A stretch of 64,000 bases of DNA from Firmicutes bacterium UBA5493 (GTDB lineage: Bacteria; Bacillota; Limnochordia; Darwinibacteriales; Darwinibacteriaceae), in NCBI GenBank assembly GCA_002424045.1, contig DIPH01000044.1:35038-99037 (forward strand), written 5' to 3'. The notes below the pieces were generated by a model. The model did not search any database. It saw only the letters and a list, made by a program, of their open reading frames with translations, and had not been told where the DNA came from. The translations under genes and the position numbers were made by a program. Positions 42,734 through 53,023 of this stretch are shown in pieces (position 1 is the stretch's first letter; every line of letters begins with the position of its first letter).

Positions 42734-44024
42734 GGTGTTCTCCTTCCTCATCTCTGGTGTTTTCGGTGTTCCCTGGGCGGAGAAGGTAGGTAGTATCGAG
42801 CTGAATTCTCTCCATCACTCTCACGCAATCATCATGTTCTACACGCCTGATGGCTTCCACCACCTGATCGATGGTGCGCATTTCTCCTTCCACAACTCCA
42901 ATTAAGTTGCGGTCAATGATTCCTGCTGGGCTGTCACCTAGGCTAATCATGGCACTAATCAAACCCCGTTTGGTTTGTTCCAACTCGTCGGGGCTGATCT
43001 GCCCTGCCTGACAAGCAGTCACTTGGTCCCCAATGATGGCCAGAGCCTTTTCTTGCTGGTCGTCAGTGATTCCGGCGGTGATTGTGAGAAGGCCCTTACT
43101 TCCTTCAATATGTGAGCCCACAGAATACGCAAGGCTGGCTTTTTCACGCACGTTCATGAACAATTTGGAATGGGCAAAGCCACCCAAGATTCCATTACCC
43201 ACAAGCAAGGCATAGTAATCGTTGTCACGATAGGAACAATTGGTACGATAACCCATCACCACGATCGCTTGGTTCAAATCCATGGTCTCCTCAAAGAACC
43301 GTTCCTCATTCACTTGGACCTTCTTGGGCTCCCTTAATTCGATGGTATGAGCGCGCTTAGGGATAAGGGAAGCAAAAAGGCTCGCAACGTCCTCGAGATT
43401 TGGCCCTACGCAGAAAATGTCGGTAGGATGTTCCCCCATGAGGGTCTCGTAATGTTCATAGACCTCTTTATTCTCTAAATGCTTCAGGTTCCCCAAATCT
43501 CCCGATTTGTAAATTCCAAAAGGCTCTTGGGCACACATTAGGGCTACAAAACGGGCCAGAGCATAAAAAGGCTTGTCGTTGACAAGTCCCTTCAAGTCTT
43601 GTTCCAGAGTGTTTTTTTCTTGTTCAAAGTAAGCGTCCAAGAAGCGATCGCCCGGGCCTTGGGGCTCGGTGAAAATCTCCCAAAACGCTCTCAGGCCCCT
43701 ATCCAGCAGTTTTTCGCCCTGTGGCACAAGGCTGGGATCAACCATCTGAAGGTAGAGTTCAAGAATCTGCTGCTCGCCAATTTTCAAGATATCTGCGCCA
43801 AACTCCGCGGCATAAAGATTCTCTAACTCTCGAGCAATGTGCAATGTAGAAGGAAATTTCTGCGATCCTCTTCTCAGAAGGAGAGGCAAGAGAGCTGCAC
43901 TTGTGGCATCTTTAGCTTCTAGATCCTGCCGAATGAAAACCTTGCAGGTCAGAGACTTAAATTTATCGGTTTCGCAAAGGTGAAGGCGCACACCTTTACC
44001 CAGTTCACGCTGTGTGAATTTCAA
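42720..44024 (-). CDS. ymfF: M16 family inactive subunit, YmfF-like
   Basis: TDKFKS, GGFAHSKLFMNVREKASLAY; no HxxEH. Confidence 0.85.
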   Translation of the reverse strand: MKFTQRELGKGVRLHLCETDKFKSLTCKVFIRQDLEAKDATSAALLPLLLRRGSQKFPSTLHIARELENLYAAEFGADILKIGEQQILELYLQMVDPSLVPQGEKLLDRGLRAFWEIFTEPQGPGDRFLDAYFEQEKNTLEQDLKGLVNDKPFYALARFVALMCAQEPFGIYKSGDLGNLKHLENKEVYEHYETLMGEHPTDIFCVGPNLEDVASLFASLIPKRAHTIELREPKKVQVNEERFFEETMDLNQAIVVMGYRTNCSYRDNDYYALLVGNGILGGFAHSKLFMNVREKASLAYSVGSHIEGSKGLLTITAGITDDQQEKALAIIGDQVTACQAGQISPDELEQTKRGLISAMISLGDSPAGIIDRNLIGVVEGEMRTIDQVVEAIRRVEHDDCVRVMERIQLDTTYLLRPGNTENTRDEEGEHHGEN

Positions 44025-47000
44025 AATAACTCCTCCTCGACCCCATCCGTTTCAATACCTGTATTCTCCCCAAAGGATGCCGTATTACTAGCATCTAACG
44101 CAGGAACATCGCTCGACATTTTGCAGTATGACATCTGCGTACACAGGGAGCAATCAGCCATGATGGGGAAAGCCTCTACTCCCACTTCAGAACCTTGAAT
44201 TATGGAAGCACAGGTTCTGATCAACCACTCTTCTGTTTGATCCGCATCCAAAAGCGAAGTATCCAGGGCATACAGTTGATTGGGAATCAAGAAGTAGGCC
44301 TGTGAGCTCAGGGCGGGAAGTCCAAACTCTCTTGCCATGGCCCAGGCATAGAGACGTAGCTGCACATCGTAACTGGCGCCTACCTCGGCAATCTGTTCTT
44401 GTCTGATCCAGTTGGACTTAAAGTCTACGATCTCAATGCCCGTCTCTCTCACAAAAACCTGATCCACTAAACCGTTTACGGTGAACTCACCCGCAGGAAT
44501 GATAAAATCATGCTCCTGGTAAATCTCCCAGTCTGCTTGGGCGCCACCCCTAAGCTTTGCATCAGCACTTACTCGCCAGAAAAACTCACTATCTAAATAA
44601 GGAGTGATAATCTCCTCTAGTTGAGCCTTCTGTCTCGTACTAAGTTCTACCCCCTCCATGTTGGCGGCATAATCCACCAATTGGGACAGGTGGGCGGGAT
44701 CTCTGATTTGTTCGCAAACCCGGTGCACAATGTTTCCCCGCTGGGTTCCGCTCAAGGGGGCCCCAGACCCAGGTGCGTCATTTCGCGACTTGACCCTCTT
44801 ACGCTCAGGCATTCCGAGAATGTAGCGCAAATAATAGTAGCGGGGACAGCGCTCGTAGTTCATCAAGGACGTTACAGAAAAGGAGACTTGATTGTACTGG
44901 GGGGAAAGGGGCGCGAAGCTTGGGAAGCTGGGATGCAAAACCCCTCCCTCTGGAGGTCTTCCCTTAAGGGGAGGTAGTGTTCCTGACATTTCTTTGTAGA
45001 GGCTTTCAGGTACCCATTGTAAGATGTCTTGCAGCCAGGCCCACCAGCTATCCCTGTGGGTCTTGCCATCACGGGCACAGAAATAAACCTGTTCTTCAGC
45101 TCTGGTTACAGCCACATAGAGCAGGCGCTTAGCCTCACTGATCTCTTCCTGCCGTTCTCGTTCTTTTAGAGCATCATAGCTCTTCATGCCTTTATAGGTT
45201 AGACCAAAGTCGGGATGATACAGAACCTCCCCCGTTTGGCTTCGCACGGCGCTAGCATTGGTATCAGGTAAGAAGACTACAGGAAATTCCAAACCCTTAG
45301 AGCCATGAATGGTGCGCAGCACTACTACATCAGCATGCTCTGCATCAAGGAGAGCCTCTCCCTCCTTTTGCCCATCTTGGACCATTAAACGTAAGAATCT
45401 ATACTGTTCAGGGATTGTATACAGATCCCGGGCGAAGAGATCCCAGCTTTGTTCTAGAAGCTTTTCTATATTTGCCACCTTTTGAGGTCCAAAAGGTAAA
45501 CGCCAGGTACTTGCCACATAGTCTGTCCGTTCGAGTAAGGATGTAATTACCTCCGGAGCCGGGCGATGCCTCGCGAGGGAGCGAAGAAAGACATAATCAT
45601 CCTGTGACTTTTTTAGGGCCTCTTGTTCTTTGGCCGTTAGTTTATCCGGGCGGTCTTGGCGAATCCAGCAGAGACCTTCATCGGAGATGAGGTAAAAGGG
45701 AGAACGCAAAAAAGCTAGATGCGCGACTTCATCCGCCGGGTCCTCAAGCCAACGAAAATAGTTGAGGACATCCTGGATTTCCTGTTTTGAATAAAAGCCT
45801 CGGCCACCTAGATTCACATAGGGAATGCCCACTTCTTTTAGGGCTTTCTCATAAATGTGCACATTGGTCATGGCCCGAAACAAGATGGAGATCTGCTCGT
45901 ACCTATAGTCTCCCCTATCTACTAGGTCCCGAATCTTCAGAGCAATTTGCTCTGCTTCTACGACCCTGGCCTCGCCAGATAATAAATCCTCCGCAGGTGT
46001 GCGCAAGATCGTCACACAAGGCCCACCAGCAGCATCTTTTTTCGCGGCACTTCGTTCAAATCCTATGGACTCCCCCTCCATGAGTTGCCCGAACACAGCG
46101 TTCACAAAGCCGATGAGCTCGGGCCGGGAGCGAAAGTTTTCCTCTAGAAACACATTTGATCCCGTAGCTGCTATTTCGTCCTTGGTCTCAACGAAAACCC
46201 CCACATCAGCTCCGCGAAAGCGATAGATGGACTGTTTGGGGTCCCCCACAACGAAAAGCGTGGCTCCCTCCGCCACGAGCGCATCTACGATTTTCTTCTG
46301 GAGAGGATTGGTGTCCTGAAATTCGTCCACCATGAGATGGCTAAAGGGATAATCCGCCCGAACCTTAGGGTCGAGAAGAAGCCCATGGGTCAACTGCTCT
46401 AGATCATTATAATCCACAATACGGGCGAGCCGTTTTCTCTCATCGTAGCGGTGGTGAACCTGCTCTAGGACCTCTCCTAGATAGGCTATGATCACCTGTC
46501 CTTGCTTCTCTCTAATTGTCTCTTGGGCAGATTCAATCAACTCTCTAAGGCCTTGGGTCTGTTCTGCCAATTTGCCGCGAATGCTCTTCACAAGTTTCAA
46601 TAAGATGTCAAGGGCCTCGAGGCGAAACTCATCATCGGGAAACTGCATAAGCTCCAATAGACCGGGCCACTGTTCCTTTAAGTCATCTAACACTCTCTTT
46701 TGCACCTCTGTTGTGGGCTTTAGAGAGAGAACTCTATCCACAGCGTACCCCAGCTGCAAGAGGGGAAATTCTACTCCCTCCTCCCTCGCCATAGGTCGGT
46801 TGAAATCTAAATCCCCCTTGCTCAACATCGTTTCGTACAACTCCAAGACGACGTTGGCAATCTCGAGGGGTGTTCCCAGGGCCTCCGGGGAGTCCAACTC
46901 GGCTACAACCTCTTCGATTGTTTCTGTCAGCAACACCTTCGTTTCCCACTCTTCTCCCACTCGAAAACGCGGGTCAACCTGGGCCTGGAGAGGGTGTTCT

Positions 47001-47287
47001 TCGATGATGCGCTGGCAAAGGCTGTGAATGGTGGAGATCTGAGCTTGCTCCAGACTCTCGATTAAGTCAGGGCGCATCGACCGGAGACGGTCCTTCATTT
47101 CCTGGGCTGCCTTTTTCGTAAAGGTGATGGCTGCGATGTCTCCCACTTGCACGCCGTAATCGATTAGGTGAAGATAACGCTCCACAAGTACTCTGGTTTT
47201 TCCCGAACCGGCACCGGCTGTAACCGCCAGGGGACAATCGATGGTGGTAATGGCTTTCTTTTGGCTTGGTGTTGGTTCAAAGGACAT
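44021..47287 (-). CDS. addA: AddA-like UvrD helicase with PD-(D/E)XK nuclease
   Basis: AGAGSGKT, ITFT, VDEFQDTN, VGDPKQSIYRFRGA, TIHGSKGLEF, YVAVTRA; G.VD..DFK nuclease motif. Confidence 0.85.
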   Translation of the reverse strand: MSFEPTPSQKKAITTIDCPLAVTAGAGSGKTRVLVERYLHLIDYGVQVGDIAAITFTKKAAQEMKDRLRSMRPDLIESLEQAQISTIHSLCQRIIEEHPLQAQVDPRFRVGEEWETKVLLTETIEEVVAELDSPEALGTPLEIANVVLELYETMLSKGDLDFNRPMAREEGVEFPLLQLGYAVDRVLSLKPTTEVQKRVLDDLKEQWPGLLELMQFPDDEFRLEALDILLKLVKSIRGKLAEQTQGLRELIESAQETIREKQGQVIIAYLGEVLEQVHHRYDERKRLARIVDYNDLEQLTHGLLLDPKVRADYPFSHLMVDEFQDTNPLQKKIVDALVAEGATLFVVGDPKQSIYRFRGADVGVFVETKDEIAATGSNVFLEENFRSRPELIGFVNAVFGQLMEGESIGFERSAAKKDAAGGPCVTILRTPAEDLLSGEARVVEAEQIALKIRDLVDRGDYRYEQISILFRAMTNVHIYEKALKEVGIPYVNLGGRGFYSKQEIQDVLNYFRWLEDPADEVAHLAFLRSPFYLISDEGLCWIRQDRPDKLTAKEQEALKKSQDDYVFLRSLARHRPAPEVITSLLERTDYVASTWRLPFGPQKVANIEKLLEQSWDLFARDLYTIPEQYRFLRLMVQDGQKEGEALLDAEHADVVVLRTIHGSKGLEFPVVFLPDTNASAVRSQTGEVLYHPDFGLTYKGMKSYDALKERERQEEISEAKRLLYVAVTRAEEQVYFCARDGKTHRDSWWAWLQDILQWVPESLYKEMSGTLPPLKGRPPEGGVLHPSFPSFAPLSPQYNQVSFSVTSLMNYERCPRYYYLRYILGMPERKRVKSRNDAPGSGAPLSGTQRGNIVHRVCEQIRDPAHLSQLVDYAANMEGVELSTRQKAQLEEIITPYLDSEFFWRVSADAKLRGGAQADWEIYQEHDFIIPAGEFTVNGLVDQVFVRETGIEIVDFKSNWIRQEQIAEVGASYDVQLRLYAWAMAREFGLPALSSQAYFLIPNQLYALDTSLLDADQTEEWLIRTCASIIQGSEVGVEAFPIMADCSLCTQMSYCKMSSDVPALDASNTASFGENTGIETDGVEEELF

Positions 47288-49731
47288 TAAAACCCCATCT
47301 CCTTTCGGCAGATGCCCTGAAAGGCACAATAACTACATATTCTAGAACTCGCAGGTTCAATGGGAAACTTCCCCTGCAAAATGTGCTCCACATGAGTTCT
47401 TAAGATCTCGACAAATTTGTGATTCTGGTGGTCAAAACCCTCTTCATCCAGGACATTTTTTCCCTTAGAAACACCTATTGCCTTGTGATAGTGTTCATGG
47501 AAAATGCCCTTCTTACTGCGGGTTCCAATAACATAATAAGCAGCCCCCACATTGCGCCCACTAGGCAGGATATTTTGGGCCGCCAAGAGATAGGCAGCAA
47601 TCTGCACATCTTTACCTTCAATCATAGCGTTAATCTGAGGGGCAGATCCCGTCTTGTAGTCATAGAGAACATAGGCGCCATCGGGGTTTAGGTCAATACG
47701 ATCGATGCGCCCCCTGATTGCCACAGGCCCCAGAGGCGTCTGGATAGTCAAACCCTGGAACCACTTTTCCAGATATCTCGGGCGAAAACCCCTCTGGGCC
47801 CACCCGAGGTCGTGGCGGATAAAATCGCGCATACTGCGGACTAAACGGGTAGAAGGTTGTCCTCCGGCACTAGCATATTCTTTTCTGAGCAACCCTTCAA
47901 TTGTGGCTTGTCCGTCTTCCACACTGGGAAGAGATCCTCCTAAATATTCCTCCCAAAAGATTTGTAGCGCGTTATGGACAAAGTTGCCATGATCTCTGGC
48001 ATCGAGTTCTAAGGATACCTCTTCATCGGGAACAAGGTTCAATACATGGCCACAGAAAAACTGATAGGGACAGTTGGCATAGCGATTGAGTTGTGAAACA
48101 GAAAGACCCTCGTCGAGAATTCTACTTTGCAACATAGCTAGGAGTTGGTCATCCTCTAAGAAGCCTCGTCCAAGAAAGAGGGAAGGATAGTGAATGGGTT
48201 CTGCCAAACGTACCTGCGTATCTTCTTCTATCTTGGGCAGGATTGTTGCGGGAAGATTTAGTTTTCCTTCCCGATCCACCTCAGGATAATACAGGTAAAC
48301 GAAGGATGCCCCATGGGATAGGCGCGCATAAAGCTCATCTCTGGCTAGAGTTGGCTTGGTTTTTGTTAGCCAATGGGCACTTCTGCGCGGTGGGAACTGT
48401 CCTTCCACCAGACCCCCCACATAGAGCTGATCGTAGGTGTAAGCGCCAAGCTGCTCCACACTCATGATCTGCACCCGCTCGGCAAAAACCCGTCTTCCCT
48501 GGATCTGATAACTGTCTAGGAGACTTTCTAGGAGCCGAATGAATTGCTCGGGTGAAATTTCCCATGCATATTGCCCTAGGCTCTCTGCGATGGTTTGTAG
48601 ACCATCCCAGGCTTTCACCAACTCCGCCCAGTTTTCCAGGTTCTCCTCTGGTAAGACCCATAGCTCTGGCTGGAGTCTGTCCAGGAGATTCTCTATCCAG
48701 GCACCATATTCCCGAAGGGGCCTTAAAACAACCTCACCTGCCATATCGGACAAGACATCTATCACCTTGTTCCAGCCAGGTTGTGCCCCTAAGTAATGAC
48801 GCCAAGCAGGTAGGCCTTTCAAGGGCGGCGCCAAGCGAAGCAGGCGATGCTCTTCAGCCGCTAGACCGAAGGGAAATCCCCATCCAGGTGCGGTGAGGAG
48901 CTCTAAGTGATGCTTATGCCACCCCTGCACCTCTGCCAAGAGGGTTGTGAGCAGAGTTTTCCCCAAGGGAGTATTACGCAAGCTCACCTCAGGAACTCTC
49001 CAGGGAATTCTTAGTCTCTCAAACACCTGATGCAAAATAGGCAAGTACTGGGCTGGACTGGGAAACGCCACACCAAGTCTTTCTAGGGGTGCCCCTTCCT
49101 CAATCTGCTTACGCAGTGCCTCTCCAATCATCTCCACCTCACCTATGGGATCACGGGCTTTCCTCACTTCTACGACAGGGGCCCCTACCTGAGGCCAGAC
49201 GATTTCAAGGGACCGCCCCTGAGCCAGAGTATTCACAAGCTCCTGCTCCAAGGGGCTGAGTTCACCTAGACCCTGTAGCCGAATAAGGTTGACCTCCGGC
49301 AGCACTTTCGTCTTTTTAGCAAGTTCCACACTGCATTTCATTTGTCCAGGGGCATTTAGAACACCGTGTTCTGTAAGAATTCGGTGATACGAGCTATGGA
49401 GCATGCGCAGCTCCCTCTGACCTTTCAAGGGCATGGCGTCAAAAATCTCTGCACCAAGATCCACTTGTCTAAACAGCCATTTCAGCTCCTGCATAAATCC
49501 TGGATAATGGGCAATGGGAGCAAAGAATTCTAGATCTTCAGCATGTTCCTGAACACTCTGCCAAATGGCCACTTCTTCCAAGACCTTATCCTCTTTATAG
49601 GAAACAAGACCCTCTTTGAGGATCTGGGCCACCAACCCTGGCATGGTCATGACAAGGGCCCCATTGTCCCTGGACAAACCACGCCTGAAGTTACGTACAT
49701 AAATATTAGGAACAACATATAAGCAAGTCAC
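47287..49731 (-). CDS. addB: AddB-like subunit (degenerate N-terminus, PD-(D/E)XK nuclease)
   Basis: SVSQL..YANCPYQFF, RGRIDRID, DYKTG, QIAAY, CSYCAFQGIC; coupled to addA. Confidence 0.75.
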   Translation of the reverse strand: MTCLYVVPNIYVRNFRRGLSRDNGALVMTMPGLVAQILKEGLVSYKEDKVLEEVAIWQSVQEHAEDLEFFAPIAHYPGFMQELKWLFRQVDLGAEIFDAMPLKGQRELRMLHSSYHRILTEHGVLNAPGQMKCSVELAKKTKVLPEVNLIRLQGLGELSPLEQELVNTLAQGRSLEIVWPQVGAPVVEVRKARDPIGEVEMIGEALRKQIEEGAPLERLGVAFPSPAQYLPILHQVFERLRIPWRVPEVSLRNTPLGKTLLTTLLAEVQGWHKHHLELLTAPGWGFPFGLAAEEHRLLRLAPPLKGLPAWRHYLGAQPGWNKVIDVLSDMAGEVVLRPLREYGAWIENLLDRLQPELWVLPEENLENWAELVKAWDGLQTIAESLGQYAWEISPEQFIRLLESLLDSYQIQGRRVFAERVQIMSVEQLGAYTYDQLYVGGLVEGQFPPRRSAHWLTKTKPTLARDELYARLSHGASFVYLYYPEVDREGKLNLPATILPKIEEDTQVRLAEPIHYPSLFLGRGFLEDDQLLAMLQSRILDEGLSVSQLNRYANCPYQFFCGHVLNLVPDEEVSLELDARDHGNFVHNALQIFWEEYLGGSLPSVEDGQATIEGLLRKEYASAGGQPSTRLVRSMRDFIRHDLGWAQRGFRPRYLEKWFQGLTIQTPLGPVAIRGRIDRIDLNPDGAYVLYDYKTGSAPQINAMIEGKDVQIAAYLLAAQNILPSGRNVGAAYYVIGTRSKKGIFHEHYHKAIGVSKGKNVLDEEGFDHQNHKFVEILRTHVEHILQGKFPIEPASSRICSYCAFQGICRKEMGF

Positions 49732-49742
49732 ATTTTCGCCCC

Positions 49743-50561
49743 CTAAAGTAAGAGCTCCTCGATGATCTGTGCCACCCCATCCTGGTCGTTGCTGGGAGCA
49801 ATTCTTTGCGCCTCCGTCTTGAGCAACTTTGACCCATTTTCCATAGCAATTCCCAAGCCAGCCCAGGAAATCATCTCTATGTCGTTGACATTATCACCTA
49901 TTGCCATAACGTCCTTGGCCTCTAGGCCTAAGCGCTTGGCTACCTCAGCAAGGCCTGTACCTTTGCTGCAATTGGCGGGGATGATCTCAATACCCCTCCA
50001 GATATTACGCTCCGTTCCAAAAACCATAGCATTCATCTTCCCATTATAGGAAGCAAGCTGCCTGTAGAAGGAATCGATCTTCTCCACCCTATCTATCAAA
50101 GAGATGCGTACAGGAGGAACATCGAGCTTAACCTTCTCCACAAACTCTGCGCTCTCGCCTAAGTAATGGGTTAGGAGATCTTCAGGTTCATCCCAGCTGC
50201 CCACCGGCGCCATCACCTGCTCCCCCGCGCTTTCGCCTGTGTACACAACATAATTCATCCCAAGCCCATCGAGCTTGTCCACTAATTCCTGGGCAATAGG
50301 GAGGTCAATGCCTCGCTGGCTCATGGTCTTTCCAGCTTGCGGACTAAAGATCACAGCCCCGTTATGAACGACGACGAATTCGGTCAAACCTAGGGTATGC
50401 ACTAAGGGCAAGGTGTTCGTCAACCTGCGTCCCGTTGCCAACACAACCTTGACTCCGCGGCCCTGTGCCAACAAGATGGATGATTTCGTTCGAGGAGTTA
50501 GCTCTGACTTACGATTCAGTAGCGTTCCGTCAATGTCTAAGGCCAGAAGTTTGTAACTCAT
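49743..50561 (-). CDS. Cof-type HAD-IIB hydrolase
   Basis: DIDGTLL, ATGR, SKG, GDNVND. Confidence 0.92.
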   Translation of the reverse strand: MSYKLLALDIDGTLLNRKSELTPRTKSSILLAQGRGVKVVLATGRRLTNTLPLVHTLGLTEFVVVHNGAVIFSPQAGKTMSQRGIDLPIAQELVDKLDGLGMNYVVYTGESAGEQVMAPVGSWDEPEDLLTHYLGESAEFVEKVKLDVPPVRISLIDRVEKIDSFYRQLASYNGKMNAMVFGTERNIWRGIEIIPANCSKGTGLAEVAKRLGLEAKDVMAIGDNVNDIEMISWAGLGIAMENGSKLLKTEAQRIAPSNDQDGVAQIIEELLL

Positions 50562-50581
50562 AGAACACACCACCTCTTATC

Positions 50582-52825
50582 TTACAGCCAAATAGAAACC
50601 TCGTCACGATCCATGAGCTCAATGCATTCTCGTAATTTGCCATAGATGTTGGGATCCTCGGTGGTGGCATTGCGCACCTGTCTCAAGAGATCAATACCCC
50701 TCCTAAAGGCAAAGACCAGATCGCCCTCATCAATGGATGAAGCATCCAATAGGTCTGCAAAGCTCTCCCCCTTGCTCCAGCGATAAGCCAGTGCTGCTAC
50801 ATGGTCATTGAATTGCACCGTGGAAAAGCCAATCATGCGCTGCTCCATTTTGGTCAGGGAGTGCCAGAGGCGGTAGACAGGAGTCAAATCCAATTTGTGT
50901 TTGATGCGGTACTCATTCTTTCTGGGTTCGTAGCCCACCGAGACAAGGGCGGCATTAAGTTCCGCCGGTGAGTACGAATGGAAGAGTCCTTCCATGAACA
51001 TCTCGGTGATTAGCAGTTCGTGACCATGGATCTGGCTTGCCAAAAGTCCTGCCGTTGAAAGCTCATCGCCCTGCAAGTATCCTAGTGCTTCCAAAAGCCC
51101 TCTCTTGTCTGAAAACTCCTGGATGTATCTCTTATGGGGATCGAGGGCTTCTTCGCGAAGCATCAAGCGCTCATAGGTAGCTATTTTCCGCTTAAACTGC
51201 CGATACTCTCTCCGTAAGGTCGAACGCTCCCGCCCTTGGTAGTGCCGATAAAAAGCACTATCGAGGCGCTGAACGATGGAACGGATGTCTCGTTTGAGGG
51301 ATTTTTTCGTGCGTTTGTTATAGGTGGTGGTTAAACGTCGTTCGAGCTCTCCCCTCTTGCGAATGAGCCGTGCAATCCCGCCAGGACCCCTAAGGTTTTG
51401 TTCATAGGGGGCCAGTTGTTCTCCTAACATATCCAGCTGCACCAACACTCCCTGACGCTCCGCAGAGGCTTGGTAGGTGGCGAAGTTCTGCCCTAAAATG
51501 CGATGGATATCTTGCTCGTTGTAGTTTTTCACCAAGTTCAAGATGGAATTATACGTGAGGGCAAACTGACTCTTCAGGGGCTCAACTTCGTCCTCCTTCA
51601 TGCTTGGGAATTGACTAATATCGAAGTAGTTCAAGTCCACGATGGTAAAGACAAAACCCTCTTCATCAATGCCCCGACGTCCTGCTCTACCCGCCATCTG
51701 AAAGTACTCCCGATTGGAGATGGGTCTAAAGCTTACCCCATCCCACTTGGTACTAGAGTCGAAGCATACCGTCTTACAGGGGAAGTTAAGTCCCACTGCA
51801 AATGTCTCTGTACAGTAGAGCACCGAAATGAGGCGATGGGTAAACAGCTCTTCCACAATATCCTTTAATACCGGAAGCATACCAGCATGGTGGTAGGCAA
51901 TTCCCTTTAAGAGAAGTCTCCTTAAGTGGGGCCAACGCCCGCTTTCGATGTTGGGATAGCGCTCTAAAACGCCGTCGATGATCGCCTGAACCTCAGCCTT
52001 TTGCGTCTTGCCCAGAAAGTCTTGTGCTTCACCTAGTGCCAGTGCATTGCTCTCACACTTGCGACGACTGAAGGTAAAAAAGAGACAGGGCAAGTAGGTA
52101 TCCTTAATAGCATTCACCAAGTCCAAATGGGTGGTGGTTTGCACCTCGGGCCGTCCGTCAAAACTATCGGCCACAAGCTTACGATGTTTCTTCTGCACAG
52201 AACGCATAGTGGTAAAGCCCATGGAGCGTTCATAAAGGGAATGTTTTAGGGGAACAACGCGCTCAGAATGGGTAACCACCTCCACTGTTGAATCCTGTAC
52301 CTCTTCAATCCAGCTGGCCAGTTCATCCACATTGGGAATAGTCGCACTTAGGCCTAGAAAGCGCATGGAAGAAGGCATGAAAATCAGGCTCTCTTCCCAA
52401 ACACTCCCCCGTTCAGGGTCATCAATATAGTGCACTTCATCAAAAATGACATAACGCACGTCACGTACGCGTTCAGGATCTTCTTGTAGCATGTTCCGGA
52501 AGATCTCTGTGGTCATAATCAAAATAGGTGCATCAGGATTAATAACCACATCACCGGTCAGTATGCCCATGGCTTCGGTGCCCACCAGAGCTTTGAATTC
52601 TCGGTATTTTTGATTACTCAACGCTTTGATGGGAGCGGTGTAGACCACGCGTCCCCCTTCGCTAAAGATTTTCTCAATAATATAGTCAGCAATCAAGGTT
52701 TTTCCTACCCCAGTGGGAGCGGCCACGAGAACCGACTTGTTTTCGTCGATAAAGTCCACCGCTTGTGCTTGAAAAGGATCTAAAGTAAAACCACGATACA
52801 TTCGAGTAGCTGGTTGCTTAGTCAA
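50582..52825 (-). CDS. Ski2/HelY-like DEVH-box RNA helicase
   Basis: APTGVGKT, PIKALSNQK, DEVH, LSAT, HHAG, QMAGRAGRRG and a DSHCT-like C-terminus. Confidence 0.88.
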   Translation of the reverse strand: MTKQPATRMYRGFTLDPFQAQAVDFIDENKSVLVAAPTGVGKTLIADYIIEKIFSEGGRVVYTAPIKALSNQKYREFKALVGTEAMGILTGDVVINPDAPILIMTTEIFRNMLQEDPERVRDVRYVIFDEVHYIDDPERGSVWEESLIFMPSSMRFLGLSATIPNVDELASWIEEVQDSTVEVVTHSERVVPLKHSLYERSMGFTTMRSVQKKHRKLVADSFDGRPEVQTTTHLDLVNAIKDTYLPCLFFTFSRRKCESNALALGEAQDFLGKTQKAEVQAIIDGVLERYPNIESGRWPHLRRLLLKGIAYHHAGMLPVLKDIVEELFTHRLISVLYCTETFAVGLNFPCKTVCFDSSTKWDGVSFRPISNREYFQMAGRAGRRGIDEEGFVFTIVDLNYFDISQFPSMKEDEVEPLKSQFALTYNSILNLVKNYNEQDIHRILGQNFATYQASAERQGVLVQLDMLGEQLAPYEQNLRGPGGIARLIRKRGELERRLTTTYNKRTKKSLKRDIRSIVQRLDSAFYRHYQGRERSTLRREYRQFKRKIATYERLMLREEALDPHKRYIQEFSDKRGLLEALGYLQGDELSTAGLLASQIHGHELLITEMFMEGLFHSYSPAELNAALVSVGYEPRKNEYRIKHKLDLTPVYRLWHSLTKMEQRMIGFSTVQFNDHVAALAYRWSKGESFADLLDASSIDEGDLVFAFRRGIDLLRQVRNATTEDPNIYGKLRECIELMDRDEVSIWL

Positions 52826-53023
52826 AGGTAACCTCCTTCTATTCGGTACTGATATGTATTAAATTCGCCTGCTGGTCCATATCCCCTTTCTTTATGTTTT
52901 CCCCATGGGCAGAGAAAAAGACGGCAGCACCAAGGAGAACTGTGGTACAATATGGATTACACCGCAAGCCTACCGCATGGTTCAAGCTCGCACTAGGAAT
53001 ACTAAAATGGGAGGTACGTCGAC

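Noticed and set aside
44021-49731. Cas4 or anti-phage helicase-nuclease system
   Set aside because: The Cas4-like Cys and nuclease motifs are the C-terminal domains of an AddAB-type pair in a housekeeping context.
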